Below are positions 45,518 to 61,600 of a DNA stretch of 64,000 nucleotides, piece by piece. The DNA comes from Bugula neritina (Eukaryota; Animalia; Bryozoa). A program made the position numbers and the translations under genes. The stretch spans positions 18,960,767 through 19,024,766 of the forward strand of contig OZ037766.1 of NCBI GenBank assembly GCA_964035545.1, written 5' to 3'. How positions within the stretch are numbered: the stretch's first letter is position 1; every line of letters starts with the position of its first letter. Under the pieces are notes generated by a model that saw nothing but the letters and a program-made list of their open reading frames with translations, did not search any database and had not been told where the DNA came from.

Positions 45518-48500
45518 ACATATCGAAGTATATCGTAATATACGGACATGTACTGTAACATACTGAAACACACTGAAACATACTGAAACATACTTAAACA
45601 TACTTCAACACACTGGAATATACTAAAACATACTGAAATATACTGCAACATACCGCAACATACTGAAATACACTGTAACAAACTGAAATACACTGCAACA
45701 CATTGGTATATACTGCAACATACCCAAATATATGGTAATATACTGAAATACACTGCAGGATTCTGCAAGATACTTCAACATACTGAAATGTACTGCAACA
45801 TACTGAAACACACTGCAACATACCGAGGTATATCGAAATATACGGACATGTACTGTAACATACTGAAATATACTGCAACATACTGCAACATACTGAAATA
45901 CACTGTAACATACTGCAACATACCTAAATACACTGTAACATACTAAAATACACTGCAACATTCTGCAACATACTTCAACATACTGAAATACACTGAAACA
46001 TAATGAAGTACACTGCAACACAATGAAATATACTGCAACACACTGAAATATCCTGCAACACATTCAAGTACATCGTAATATACGGACATGTACTATAACA
46101 TACTGAGACATACTGAAACATACTGAAACAAAATGAAATAAACTGTAACACACTGAGTAATAATGCAAAATGCTGAAATATACTGTAACACAGTGAAGTA
46201 TACTGCAAAGTTTTGAAACATACTGTAACATACTGAAACATGAGCAATATACTGAAAAATGCCTCAACATACTCAAATACACTGCAAGAAACTGCAACAT
46301 ACGTAAATACACCGTAACATACTGACATACACTGCAACATACTGCAACATACTGAAGTCCACTGTGAAATATTGAAATACACTGCAACACATTGGAATAT
46401 ACTGCAACACACTGAACTATACCGCAACATACTGAAATATACTGCAACATACTGCAACATACTGAAATACACTGTAACATACTGTAACATTCTGAAATAC
46501 ACTGCAACAAACTGCAACATACTGAAGTACACTGTAAAATATTGAAATACACTGCAACACAAGGGATTATACTGCAACACACTGAAATGTACTGCAACAT
46601 ACTGAAATATACTTCAACATACTGCAGCATACTGAAAGACACTACAACTAACTGAAGTATAGTGTAATATACGGAAATGTACTGTAACATACTGATATTT
46701 ACTGCAACACACTGAAATATACTGCAACAGACTGGCATACACTGTAACATGCCAAAATGAACTGCAACATACTGCAACATACTGAAATACACTGTAACAT
46801 ACTAAAATACACTGCAACATACTTCAACATACTGAAATGCACTGTAACATAATGAAATACACTGCAACACATTGAAATATACTGCAACACACTGAAATAT
46901 ATTGCAACACATCCAAGTACATCGTAATATACGGACATGTACTGTAACATACTGAAACACACTGAAACATACTGAAACAAAATGAAATAAACTGTAACAC
47001 GCTGAGTAATAGTGCAAAATGCTGAAATATACTGTAACACAGTGAAGTATACTGCAAAATTCTGAAACATATTGTAACATACTGAAACATGAGCAATATA
47101 CTGAAAAATGCCTCAACATACTCAGATACACTGCAAGAAACTAGAACATGCGTAAATACACTGTAACATACTGACATACACTGCAACATACTGCAACATA
47201 CTGGAGTACACTGTAAAATAGTGAAATACACTGCAACACATTGAAATATACTGCAACACACTGAACTATACTGCAACATACTGAAACGTACTGCAACATA
47301 CTGCAACATACTGAAATACACTATAACATACTGTAACATACTGAAATACACTGCAACAAACTGCAACATACTGAAGTACACTGTACATATTGAAAACACT
47401 GCAACACACTGAAATATACTGCAACACACTGAAATATACTGCAAAATACTGAAATATACTTCAACACACTGCAGCATACTGAAAGACACTACAACTAACT
47501 GAAGTATAGTGCAATATACAGAAATGTACTGTAACATACTGATATTTACTGTAACACACTTAAATATACTGCAACATACTGAAATACACTGTAACATACC
47601 GAAATAAGCTGCAACATACTGAAATACACTGCAACATAGTAAAATACATTGTAACATACTAAAATACACTGCAACATTCTGCAACATACTTCAACATACT
47701 AAAGTACACCGTAACATAATGAAATACACTGCAACACATTGAAATATACTGCAACACACTGAAATATACTGCAACACATCCAAGTACATCGTAATATACG
47801 GACATGTACTGTAACATACTGAAACACACTGAAACATACTGAAACATACTGAAACATACTTCAACACACTGAAATATACTAAAACATAATGAAATATACT
47901 GCAACATACTGCAACATACTGAAATACACTGTAACAAACTGAAATACACTGCAACACATTGGAATATACTGCAACATACCCTAATATATTGTAATATACT
48001 GCAACATACCGCAACATACTGAAATACACTGTAACAAACTGAAATACACTGCAAAACATTGGTATATACTGCAACATACCCAAATATATGGTAATATACT
48101 GAAATACACTGCAACATTCTGCAACATACTTCAACATACTGAAATGTACTGCAACATGCTGAAATACAGTGCAACATAACGAGGTATATCGAAATATACG
48201 GACATGTACTGTAACATACTGAAACACACTGAAACATACTGAAACACACCGAAACATACTGAGACGTACTGAAATACACTGCAACATGCTGCAACATCCT
48301 GAAGTACAGTGTAACATATTGAAATACACTGCAACACATTGAAATATACCGCAACACCCTGAAATATACTGCAACACATCCAAGTACATCGTAATATACG
48401 GACATGTACCGTAACATACTGCAACATACTGTAACTTACTGAAATACACTGTAACATACTAAAATACACTGCAACATACTAAAATACATTGCAACATTTT

Positions 48501-51500
48501 GCAACATACTTCAAAATACTGAAATACACCGTAACATAATGAAATACACTGCAACACATTGAAATATACTGCAACAAACTGAAATGTACTGCAACATACT
48601 GAAGTTTACTGTAACATACTGAAATACACTGCAAAATATCGAAGTATATCGTAATATACGGACATGTACTGTAACATACTGAAACACACTGAAACATACT
48701 GAAACATACTTAAACATACTTCAACACACTGAAATATACTAAAACATACTGAAATATACTGCAACATACTGCAACATACTGAAATACACTGTAATAAACT
48801 GAAATACACTGCAACACATTGAAATATACTGCAACATACCCTATCATATTGTAATATACTGAAATATACTGCAACATACCGCAACATACTGAAATACATT
48901 GTAACAAACTGAAATACACTGCAACACATTGGTATATACTGCAACATACCCAAATATATGGTAATATACTGAAATACACTGCAGGATTCTGCAAGATACT
49001 TCAACATACTGAAATGTACTGCAACATACTGAAACACACTGCAACATACCGAGGTATATCGAAATATACGGACATGTACTGTAACATACTGAAATATACT
49101 GCAACATACTGCAACATACTGAAATACACTGTAACATACCGCAACATACCTAAGTGCACTGTAACATACTAAAATACACTGCAACATTCTGCAACATACT
49201 TCAACATACTGAAATACACTGAAACATAATGAAGTACACTGCAGCACAATGAAATATACTGCAACACACTGAAATATACTGCAACACATCCAAGTACATC
49301 GTAATATACGGACATGTACTATAACATACTGAAACATACTGAAACATACTGAAACAAAATGAAATAAACTGTAACACACCGAGTAATACTGCAAAATGCT
49401 GAAATATACTGTAACACAGTGAAGTATACTGCAAAATTTTGAAACGTACTGTAACATACTGAAACATGAGCAATATACTGAAAAATGCCTCAACATACTC
49501 AAATACACTGCAAGAAACTGCAACATACGTAAATACACTGTAACATACTGACATACACTACAACATACTGCAACATACTGAAGTCCACTGTGAAATATTG
49601 AAATACACTGCAACACATCGGAATATACTTCAACACACTGAAATATACTAAAACATGTTGAAATATACTGCAACACACTGCAACATACTGAAATACACTG
49701 GAACAAACTGAAATACACTGCAACACATTGGAATATACTGCAACATTCCCTGATTTATTGTAATATACTGAAATACACTGCAACATACCGCAACATACGA
49801 AATTACACTGTTACAAACTGAAATACACTGCAACACATTGGAATATACTGCAACATTCCCTGATTTATTGTAATATACTGAAATACACTGCAACATACCG
49901 CAACATACGAAATTACACTGTTACAAACTGAAATACACTGCAACACATTGGAATATACTGCAACACACTGAACTATACTGCAACATACTGAAATATACTG
50001 CAACATACTGCAACATACTGAAATACACTGTAACAAACTGCAACATACTGAAGTACACTGTAAATTATTGAAATACACTGCAACACATTGGAATATACTG
50101 CAACACACTGATATGTACTGCAACATACTGAAATATACTTCAACATACTGCAGCATACTGAAAGACACTACAACTAACTGAAGTATAGTGTAATATACGG
50201 AAATGTACTGTAACATACTGATATTTACTGCAACACACTGAAATGTACTGCAACATACTGAAATACACTGTAACATGCCAAAATAAACTGCAACATACTG
50301 CAACATACTGAAATACACTGTAACATACTAAAATACACCGCAACATTCTGCAACATACTTCAGCATACTGAAATGCACTGTAACATAATGAAATACACTG
50401 CAACACATTGAAATATACTGCAACACACTCAAATATATTGCAACACATCCAAGTACATCGGAATATACGGACATGTACTGTAACATACTGAAACATACTG
50501 AAACATACTGAAACAAGATGAAATAAACTGTAACACGCTGAGTAATACTGCAAAATGCTGAAATATACTGTAACACAGTGAAGTATACTGCAAAATTCTG
50601 AAACATATTGGAACATACTGAAACATGAGCAATATACTGAAAAATGCCTCAACATACTCAAATACACTGCAAGAAACTGGAACACGCGTAAATACACTGT
50701 AACATACTGACATACACTGCAACATACTGCAACATACTGGAGTACACTGTAAAATAGTGAAATACACTGCAACACATTGAAATATACTGCAACATACCCT
50801 ACCATATTGTAATATACTGAAATATACTGCAACATACCGCAACATACTGAAATACACTGTAACAAACTGAAATACACTGTAACACATTGGTATATACTGC
50901 AACATACCCAAATATATGGTAATATACTGAAATACACTGCAGCATTCTGCAACATACTTCAACATACTGAAATACACTGAAACATAATGAAGTACACTGC
51001 AACACAATGAAATATACTGCACACACTGAAATATACTGCAACACATCCAAGTACATCGTAATATACGGAGATGTACTGTAACATACTGAAACATACTGAA
51101 ACAAAATGAAATATACTTTAACACGCTAAATAATACTGCAAAATGCTGAAATATACTGTAACAAAGTCAAGTATACTGCAAAAATCTGAAACATACTGTA
51201 ACACACTGAAACATGAGCAACATACTGAAATATGCCTCAACATACTCAAATATACTGCAAAATACTGCAACATACGTAAATACACTGTAACATACTGAAA
51301 TACACTGCAACACATTGAATTAAACTGCAACAAACTGGAATATACTGCAACATACTGAAGTTTACTGCAACATATTGAAATACACTACAACATATCGAAG
51401 TATATCGTAATATACGGACATGTACTGTAACATACTGAAACACACTGAAACATACTGAAACATACTTAAACATACTTCAACACACTGGAATATACTAAAA

Positions 51501-54500
51501 CATACTGAAATATACTGCAACATACCGCAACATACTGAAATACACTGTAACAAACTGAAATACACTGCAACACATTGGTATATACTGCAACATACCCAAA
51601 TATATGGTAATATACTGAAATACACTGCAGGATTCTGCAAGATACTTCAACATACTGAAATGTACTGCAACATACTGAAACACACTGCAACATACCGAGG
51701 TATATCGAAATATACGGACATGTACTGTAACATACTGAAATATACTGCAACATACTGCAACATACTGAAATACACTGTAACATACTGCAACATACCTAAA
51801 TACACTGTAACATACTAAAATACACTGCAACATTCTGCAACATACTTCAACATACTGAAATACACTGAAACATAATGAAGTACACTGCAACACAATGAAA
51901 TATACTGCAACACACTGAAATATCCTGCAACACATCCAAGTACATCGTAATATACGGACATGTACTATAACATACTGAGACATACTGAAACATACTGAAA
52001 CAAAATGAAATAAACTGTAACACACTGAGTAATAATGCAAAATGCTGAAATATACTGTAACACAGTGAAGTATACTGCAAAGTTTTGAAACATACTGTAA
52101 CATACTGAAACATGAGCAATATACTGAAAAATGCCTCAACATACTCAAATACACTGCAAGAAACTGCAACATACGTAAATACACCGTAACATACTGACAT
52201 ACACTGCAACATACTGCAACATACTGAAGTCCACTGTGAAATATTGAAATACACTGCAACACATTGGAATATACTGCAACACACTGAACTATACCGCAAC
52301 ATACTGAAATATACTGCAACATACTGCAACATACTGAAATACACTGTAACATACTGTAACATTCTGAAATACACTGCAACAAACTGCAACATACTGAAGT
52401 ACACTGTAAAATATTGAAATACACTGCAACACAAGGGATTATACTGCAACACACTGAAATGTACTGCAACATACTGAAATATACTTCAACATACTGCAGC
52501 ATACTGAAAGACACTACAACTAACTGAAGTATAGTGTAATATACGGAAATGTACTGTAACATACTGATATTTACTGCAACACACTGAAATATACTGCAAC
52601 AGACTGGCATACACTGTAACATGCCAAAATGAACTGCAACATACTGCAACATACTGAAATACACTGTAACATACTAAAATACACTGCAACATACTTCAAC
52701 ATACTGAAATGCACTGTAACATAATGAAATACACTGCAACACATTGAAATATACTGCAACACACTGAAATATATTGCAACACATCCAAGTACATCGTAAT
52801 ATACGGACATGTACTGTAACATACTGAAACACACTGAAACATACTGAAACAAAATGAAATAAACTGTAACACGCTGAGTAATAGTGCAAAATGCTGAAAT
52901 ATACTGTAACACAGTGAAGTATACTGCAAAATTCTGAAACATATTGTAACATACTGAAACATGAGCAATATACTGAAAAATGCCTCAACATACTCAGATA
53001 CACTGGAAGAAACTAGAACATGCGTAAATACACTGTAACATACTGACATACACTGCAACATACTGCAACATACTGGAGTACACTGTAAAATAGTGAAATA
53101 CACTGCAACACATTGAAATATACTGCAACACACTGAACTATACTGCAACATACTGAAATGTACTGCAACATACTGCAACATACTGAAATACACTATAACA
53201 TACTGTAACATACTGAAATACACTGCAACAAACTGCAACATACTGAAGTACACTGTACATATTGAAAACACTGCAACACACTGAAATATACTGCAACACA
53301 CTGAAATATACTGCAAAATACTGAAATATACTTCAACACACTGCAGCATACTGAAAGACACTACAACTAACTGAAGTATAGTGCAATATACAGAAATGTA
53401 CTGTAACATACTGATATTTACTGTAACACACTTAAATATACTGCAACATACTGAAATACACTGTAACATACCGAAATAAGCTGCAACATACTGAAATACA
53501 CTGCAACATAGTAAAATACATTGTAACATACTAAAATACACTGCAACATTCTGCAACATACTTCAACATACTAAAGTACACCGTAACATAATGAAATACA
53601 CTGCAACACATTGAAATATACTGCAACACACTGAAATATACTGCAACACATCCAAGTACATCGTAATATACGGACATGTACTGTAACATACTGAAACACA
53701 CTGAAACATACTGAAACATACTGAAACATACTTCAACACACTGAAATATACTAAAACATAATGAAATATACTGCAACATACTGCAACATACTGAAATACA
53801 CTGTAACAAACTGAAATACACTGCAACACATTGGAATATACTGCAACATACCCTAATATATTGTAATATACTGCAACATATCGCAACATACTGAAATACA
53901 CTGTAACAAACTGAAATACACTGCAAAACATTGGTATATACTGCAACATACCCAAATATATGGTAATATACTGAAATACACTGCAACATTCTGCAACATA
54001 CTTCAACATACTGAAATGTACTGCAACATGCTGAAATACAGTGCAACATAACGAGGTATATCGAAATATACGGACATGTACTGTAACATACTGAAACACA
54101 CTGAAACATACTGAAACACACCGAAACATACTGAGACGTACTGAAATACACTGCAACATGCTGCAACATCCTGAAGTACAGTGTAACATATTGAAATACA
54201 CTGCAACACATTGAAATATACCGCAACACCCTGAAATATACTGCAACACATCCAAGTACATCGTAATATACGGACATGTACCGTAACATACTGCAACATA
54301 CTGTAACTTACTGAAATACACTGTAACATACTAAAATACACTGCAACATACTAAAATACATTGCAACATTTTGCAACATACTTCAAAATACTGAAATACA
54401 CCGTAACATAATGAAATACACTGCAACACATTGAAATATACTGCAACAAACTGAAATGTACTGCAACATACTGAAGTTTACTGTAACATACTGAAATACA

Positions 54501-57335
54501 CTGCAAAATATCGAAGTATATCGTAATATACGGACATGTACTGTAACATACTGAAACACACTGAAACATACTGAAACATACTTAAACATACTTCAACACA
54601 CTGAAATATACTAAAACATACTGAAATATACTGCAACATACTGCAACATACTGAAATACACTGTAATAAACTGAAATACACTGCAACACATTGAAATATA
54701 CTGCAACATACCCTATCATATTGTAATATACTGAAATATACTGCAACATACCGCAACATACTGAAATACATTGTAACAAACTGAAATACACTGCAACACA
54801 TTGGTATATACTGCAACATACCCAAATATATGGTAATATACTGAAATACACTGCAGGATTCTGCAAGATACTTCAACATACTGAAATGTACTGCAACATA
54901 CTGAAACACACTGCAACATACCGAGGTATATCGAAATATACGGACATGTACTGTAACATACTGAAATATACTGCAACATACTGCAACATACTGAAATACA
55001 CTGTAACATACCGCAACATACCTAAGTGCACTGTAACATACTAAAATACACTGCAACATTCTGCAACATACTTCAACATACTGAAATACACTGAAACATA
55101 ATGAAGTACACTGCAGCACAATGAAATATACTGCAACACACTGAAATATACTGCAACACATCCAAGTACATCGTAATATACGGACATGTACTATAACATA
55201 CTGAAACATACTGAAACATACTGAAACAAAATGAAATAAACTGTAACACACCGAGTAATACTGCAAAATGCTGAAATATACTGTAACACAGTGAAGTATA
55301 CTGCAAAATTTTGAAACGTACTGTAACATACTGAAACATGAGCAATATACTGAAAAATGCCTCAACATACTCAAATACACTGCAAGAAACTGCAACATAC
55401 GTAAATACACTGTAACATACTGACATACACTACAACATACTGCAACATACTGAAGTCCACTGTGAAATATTGAAATACACTGCAACACATCGGAATATAC
55501 TTCAACACACTGAAATATACTAAAACATGTTGAAATATACTGCAACACACTGCAACATACTGAAATACACTGGAACAAACTGAAATACACTGCAACACAT
55601 TGGAATATACTGCAACATTCCCTGATTTATTGTAATATACTGAAATACACTGCAACATACCGCAACATACGAAATTACACTGTTACAAACTGAAATACAC
55701 TGCAACACATTGGAATATACTGCAACATTCCCTGATTTATTGTAATATACTGAAATACACTGCAACATACCGCAACATACGAAATTACACTGTTACAAAC
55801 TGAAATACACTGCAACACATTGGAATATACTGCAACACACTGAACTATACTGCAACATACTGAAATATACTGCAACATACTGCAACATACTGAAATACAC
55901 TGTAACAAACTGCAACATACTGAAGTACACTGTAAATTATTGAAATACACTGCAACACATTGGAATATACTGCAACACACTGATATGTACTGCAACATAC
56001 TGAAATATACTTCAACATACTGCAGCATACTGAAAGACACTACAACTAACTGAAGTATAGTGTAATATACGGAAATGTACTGTAACATACTGATATTTAC
56101 TGCAACACACTGAAATGTACTGCAACATACTGAAATACACTGTAACATGCCAAAATAAACTGCAACATACTGCAACATACTGAAATACACTGTAACATAC
56201 TAAAATACACCGCAACATTCTGCAACATACTTCAGCATACTGAAATGCACTGTAACATAATGAAATACACTGCAACACATTGAAATATACTGCAACACAC
56301 TCAAATATATTGCAACACATCCAAGTACATCGGAATATACGGACATGTACTGTAACATACTGAAACATACTGAAACATACTGAAACAAGATGAAATAAAC
56401 TGTAACACGCTGAGTAATACTGCAAAATGCTGAAATATACTGTAACACAGTGAAGTATACTGCAAAATTCTGAAACATATTGGAACATACTGAAACATGA
56501 GCAATATACTGAAAAATGCCTCAACATACTCAAATACACTGCAAGAAACTGGAACACGCGTAAATACACTGTAACATACTGACATACACTGCAACATACT
56601 GTAACATACTGGAGTACACTGTAAAATAGTGAAATACACTGCAACACATTGAAATATACTGCAACATACCCTACCATATTGTAATATACTGAAATATACT
56701 GCAACATACCGCAACATACTGAAATACACTGTAACAAACTGAAATACACTGTAACACATTGGTATATACTGCAACATACCCAAATATATGGTAATATACT
56801 GAAATACACTGCAGCATTCTGCAACATACTTCAACATACTGAAATACACTGAAACATAATGAAGTACACTGCAACACAATGAAATATACTGCACACACTG
56901 AAATATACTGCAACACATCCAAGTACATCGTAATATACGGAGATGTACTGTAACATACTGAAACATACTGAAACAAAATGAAATATACTTTAACACGCTA
57001 AATAATACTGCAAAATGCTGAAATATACTGTAACAAAGTCAAGTATACTGCAAAAATCTGAAACATACTGTAACACACTGAAACATGAGCAACATACTGA
57101 AATATGCCTCAACATACTCAAATATACTGCAAAATACTGCAACATACGTAAATACACTGTAACATACTGAAATACACTGCAACACATTGAATTAAACTGC
57201 AACAAACTGGAATATACTGCAACATACTGAAGTTTACTGCAACATATTGAAATACACTACAACATATCGAAGTATATCGTAATATACGGACATGTACTGT
57301 AACATACTGAAACACACTGAAACATACTGAAACAT
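45518..57335 (+). repeat. 5872-bp tandem duplication, nearly identical copies
   Basis: Pseudo-ORF pairs 45594/51466, 46614/52486, 48606/54478, 49803/55675 and 51118/56990 are all 5872 apart; I noticed only a handful of substitutions; junction window ~51390-51465. Confidence 0.95.
49703..49965 (+). repeat. 110-bp tandem repeat (~2.4 copies); second instance at 55575-55837
   Basis: CAACATTCCC at 49741/49851; private CATACGAAATT variant at 49794/49904. Confidence 0.92.
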
Positions 57336-57964
57336 ACTGAAACATACTTCAACACACTGAAATATACTGAAACATACTGAAATATACTGCAACATACTGC
57401 ACCATACTGAAATACACTGTAACATACTGCAAAATACCTAAATACACTGTAACATACTAAAATACACTGCAACATTCTGCAACATACTTCAACATACTGA
57501 AATACATTGAAACATAATGAAGTACACTGCAACACAATGAAATATACTGCACACACTGAAATATACTGCAACACATCCAAGTACATCGTAATATACGGAC
57601 ATGTACTATAACATACTGAAACATACTGAAACATACTGAAACAAAATGAAATTAACTGTAACACACTGAGTAATACTGCAAAATGCTGAAATATACAGTA
57701 ACACAGTTAAGTATACTGCAAAATTTTGAAACATACTCTAACATACTGAAACATGAGCAGTATACTGAAAAATGCCTCGACATACTCAAATACACTGCAA
57801 GAAACTGCAACATACGTAAATACACTGTAACATACTGACATACACTGCAACATACTGCAACATACTGAAGTCCACTGTGAAATATTGAAATACACTGCAA
57901 CACATTGGAATATACTGCAACACACTGACCTATACTGCAACATACTAAAATATACTGCAACATA

Positions 57965-60900
57965 CTGCAACATACTTCAACACACTGCAGCATACTGAAA
58001 GACATTACAACTAACTGAAGTATAGTGCAATATACAGAAATGTACTGTAACATACTGATATTTACTGTAACACACTTAAATATACTGCAACATACTGAAA
58101 TACACTGTAACATACCGAAATAAGCTGCAACATACTGCAACATACTGAAATACACTGCAACATACTAAAATACATTGCAATATACTAAAATACACTGCAA
58201 CATTCTGCAACATACTTCAACACACTGAAATACACCGTAACATAATGAAATACACTGCAACACATTGAAATATACTGCAACACACTGAAATATACTGCAA
58301 CACATCCAAGTACATCGTAATATACGGACATGTACTGTAACATACTGAAACACACTGAAACATACTGAAACATACTGAAACATACTTCAACACACTGAAA
58401 TATAGTAAAACATACTGAAATATACTGCAACATACTGCAACATACTGAAATACACTGTAACAAACTGAAATACACTGCAACACATTGTAATATACTGCAA
58501 CAAACTGAAATATACTGCAACATACTGAAGCTTTCTGCAACATACTGAAATACACTGCAACATATCGAAGTATATCGTAATATACGGACATGTACTGTAA
58601 CATACTGAAACACACTGAAACATACTGAAACATACTGAAACATACTTCAACACACTGAAATATACTAAAACATACTGAAATATACTGCAACATACTGCAA
58701 CATACTGAAATACACTGTAACAAACTGAAATACACTGCAACACATTGAAATATATTGCACCATACTCTATCATATTGTAATTTACTGAAATATACTGCAA
58801 CATACCGCAACATACTGAAATACACTGTAACAAACTGAAATACACTGTAACACATTGGTTAATACTGCAACATACCCAAATATATGGTAATATACTGAAA
58901 TACACTGCAGCATTCTGCAACATACTTCAACATACTGAAATGTACTGCAACATACTGAAACACACTGCAACATAACGAGGTATATCAAAATATACGGACA
59001 TGTACTGTAACATACTGAAATATACTGCAACATACTGCAACATACTGAAATACACTGTAACATACTGCAACATACCTAAATACGCTGTAACATACTAAAA
59101 TACACTGCAACATTCTGCAACATACTTCAACATACTGAAATACATTGAAACATAATGAAGTACACTGCAACACAATGAAATATACTGCAACACACTGAAA
59201 TATACTGCAACACATCCAAGTACATCGTAATATACGGACATGTACTATAACATACTGAAACATACTTAAACATACTGAAACAAAATGAAATTAACTGTAA
59301 CACACTGATTAATACTGCAAAATGCTGAAATATACTGTAACACAGTGAAGTATACTGCAAAATTTTGAAACATACTGTAACATACTGAAACATGAGCAAT
59401 ATACTGAAAAATGCCTCAACATACTCAAATACACTGCAAGAAACTGCAACATACGTAAATACACTGTAACATACTGACATACACTGCAACATACTGCAAC
59501 ATACTGAAGTCCACTGCGAAATATTGAAATACACTGCAACACATTGGAATATACTGGAACACACTGAACTATACTGCAACATACTGAAATATACTGCAAC
59601 ATACTGCAACATACTGAAATACACTGTAACATACTGTAACATACTGAAATACACTGCAACAAACTGCAACATACTGAAGAACACTGTAAAATATTGAAAT
59701 ACACTGCAACACATCGGAATATACTTCAACACACTGAAATATACTAAAACATGTTGAAATATACTGCAACACACTGCAACATACTGAAATACACTGGAAC
59801 AAACTGAAATACACTGCAACGCATTGGAATATACTGCAACATTCCCTGATTTATTGTAATATACTGAAATACACTGCAACATACCGCAACATACTAAATT
59901 ACACTGTTACAAACTGAAATACACTGCAACACATTGGTATATACTGCAACATACCCAAATATATGGTATTATACTGAAATATACTGAAATACACTGCAAC
60001 ACATTGAAAAATACTGCAACATACTGAAAGACACTACAACTGACTGAAGTATAGTGTAATATACGGAAATGTACTGTAACATACTGATACTTACTGTAAC
60101 ACACTGAATCATACTGCAACATACTGCAATGCACTGTAACATACCGAAACAAACTGCAACATGCTGCAACATACTGAAATACACTGTAACATACTAAAAC
60201 ACACTGCAACATTCTGCAACATACTCCAACGTACTGAAATACACTGTAACATAATGAATTACACTGCAAAATACTGCAACATACTGAAGTACACTGTAAA
60301 ATGTTGAAATACACGGCAACACAATAAAATATACTGCAACACACTGAAGTATACTGCAACATACTGAAATATACTCCAACATGCTGCAACATACTGAAAT
60401 ACACTGTAACATACTGTAACATACTGAAATACACTGCAACAAACTGCAACATACTGGAGTACACTGTACATATTGAAAGACACTGCAACACACTGAAATA
60501 TACTGCAACACACTGAAATATACTGCAAAAAACTGAAATACACTTCAACATACTGAAAGACACTACAACTAACTGAAGTATAGTGTATTATACGGAAATG
60601 TACTGTAACATACTGATATTTACTGCAACACACTGAAATATACTGCAACATACTGAAATACTCTGTAACATGCCAAAATGAACTGCAACATACTGCAACA
60701 TACTGAAATACACTGTAACATACTAAAATACACTGCAACATTCTGCAACATACTTCAACATACTGAAATGCACTGTAACATAATGAAATACACTGCCACA
60801 CATTGAAATATACTGCAACACACTGAAATACACTGCAACACATCCAAGTACATCGTAATATACGGACATGTACTATAACATACTGAAACATACTGAAACA

Positions 60901-61600
60901 TAGTGAAACAAAATGAAATAAACTGTAACACACTGAGTAATACTGCAAAATGCTGAAATATACTGTAACACAGTGAAGTATACTGCAAAATTTTTAAACA
61001 TGCTGTAACATACTGAAACATGAGCAGTATACTGAAAAATGCCTCAACATACTCAAATACACTGCAAGAAACTGCAACATACGTATATACACTGTAACAT
61101 ACTGACATACACTGCAACATACTGCAACATACTGGAGTCCACTGTGAAATATTGAAATACACTGCAACACATTGGAATATACTGCAACACACTGAACTAT
61201 ACTGCAACATACTGAAATATACTGCAACATACTGCAACATACTGAAATACGCTGTAACATACTGTAACATACTGAAATACACTGCAACAAACTGCAACAT
61301 ACTGAAGTACACTGTAAATTATTGAAATACACTGCAACACATTGGAATATACTGCAACACACTGATATGTACTGCAACATACTGAAATATACTTCAACAT
61401 ACTGCAGCATACTGAAAGACACTACAACTAACTGAAGTATAGTGTAATATACGGAAATGTACTGTAACATACTGATATTTACTGCAACACACTGAAATAT
61501 ACTGCAACATACTGAAATACACTGTAACATGCCAAAATAAACTGTAACATACTGCAACATACTGAAATACACTGTAACATACTAAAACACACTGCAACAT
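57965..61600 (+). repeat. Long-range copy of ~13385-17020 (offset ~44,581)
   Basis: Pseudo-ORF pairs 13584/58165, 14201/58782, 14728/59309, 16413/60994 and 16813/61394. Confidence 0.88.
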
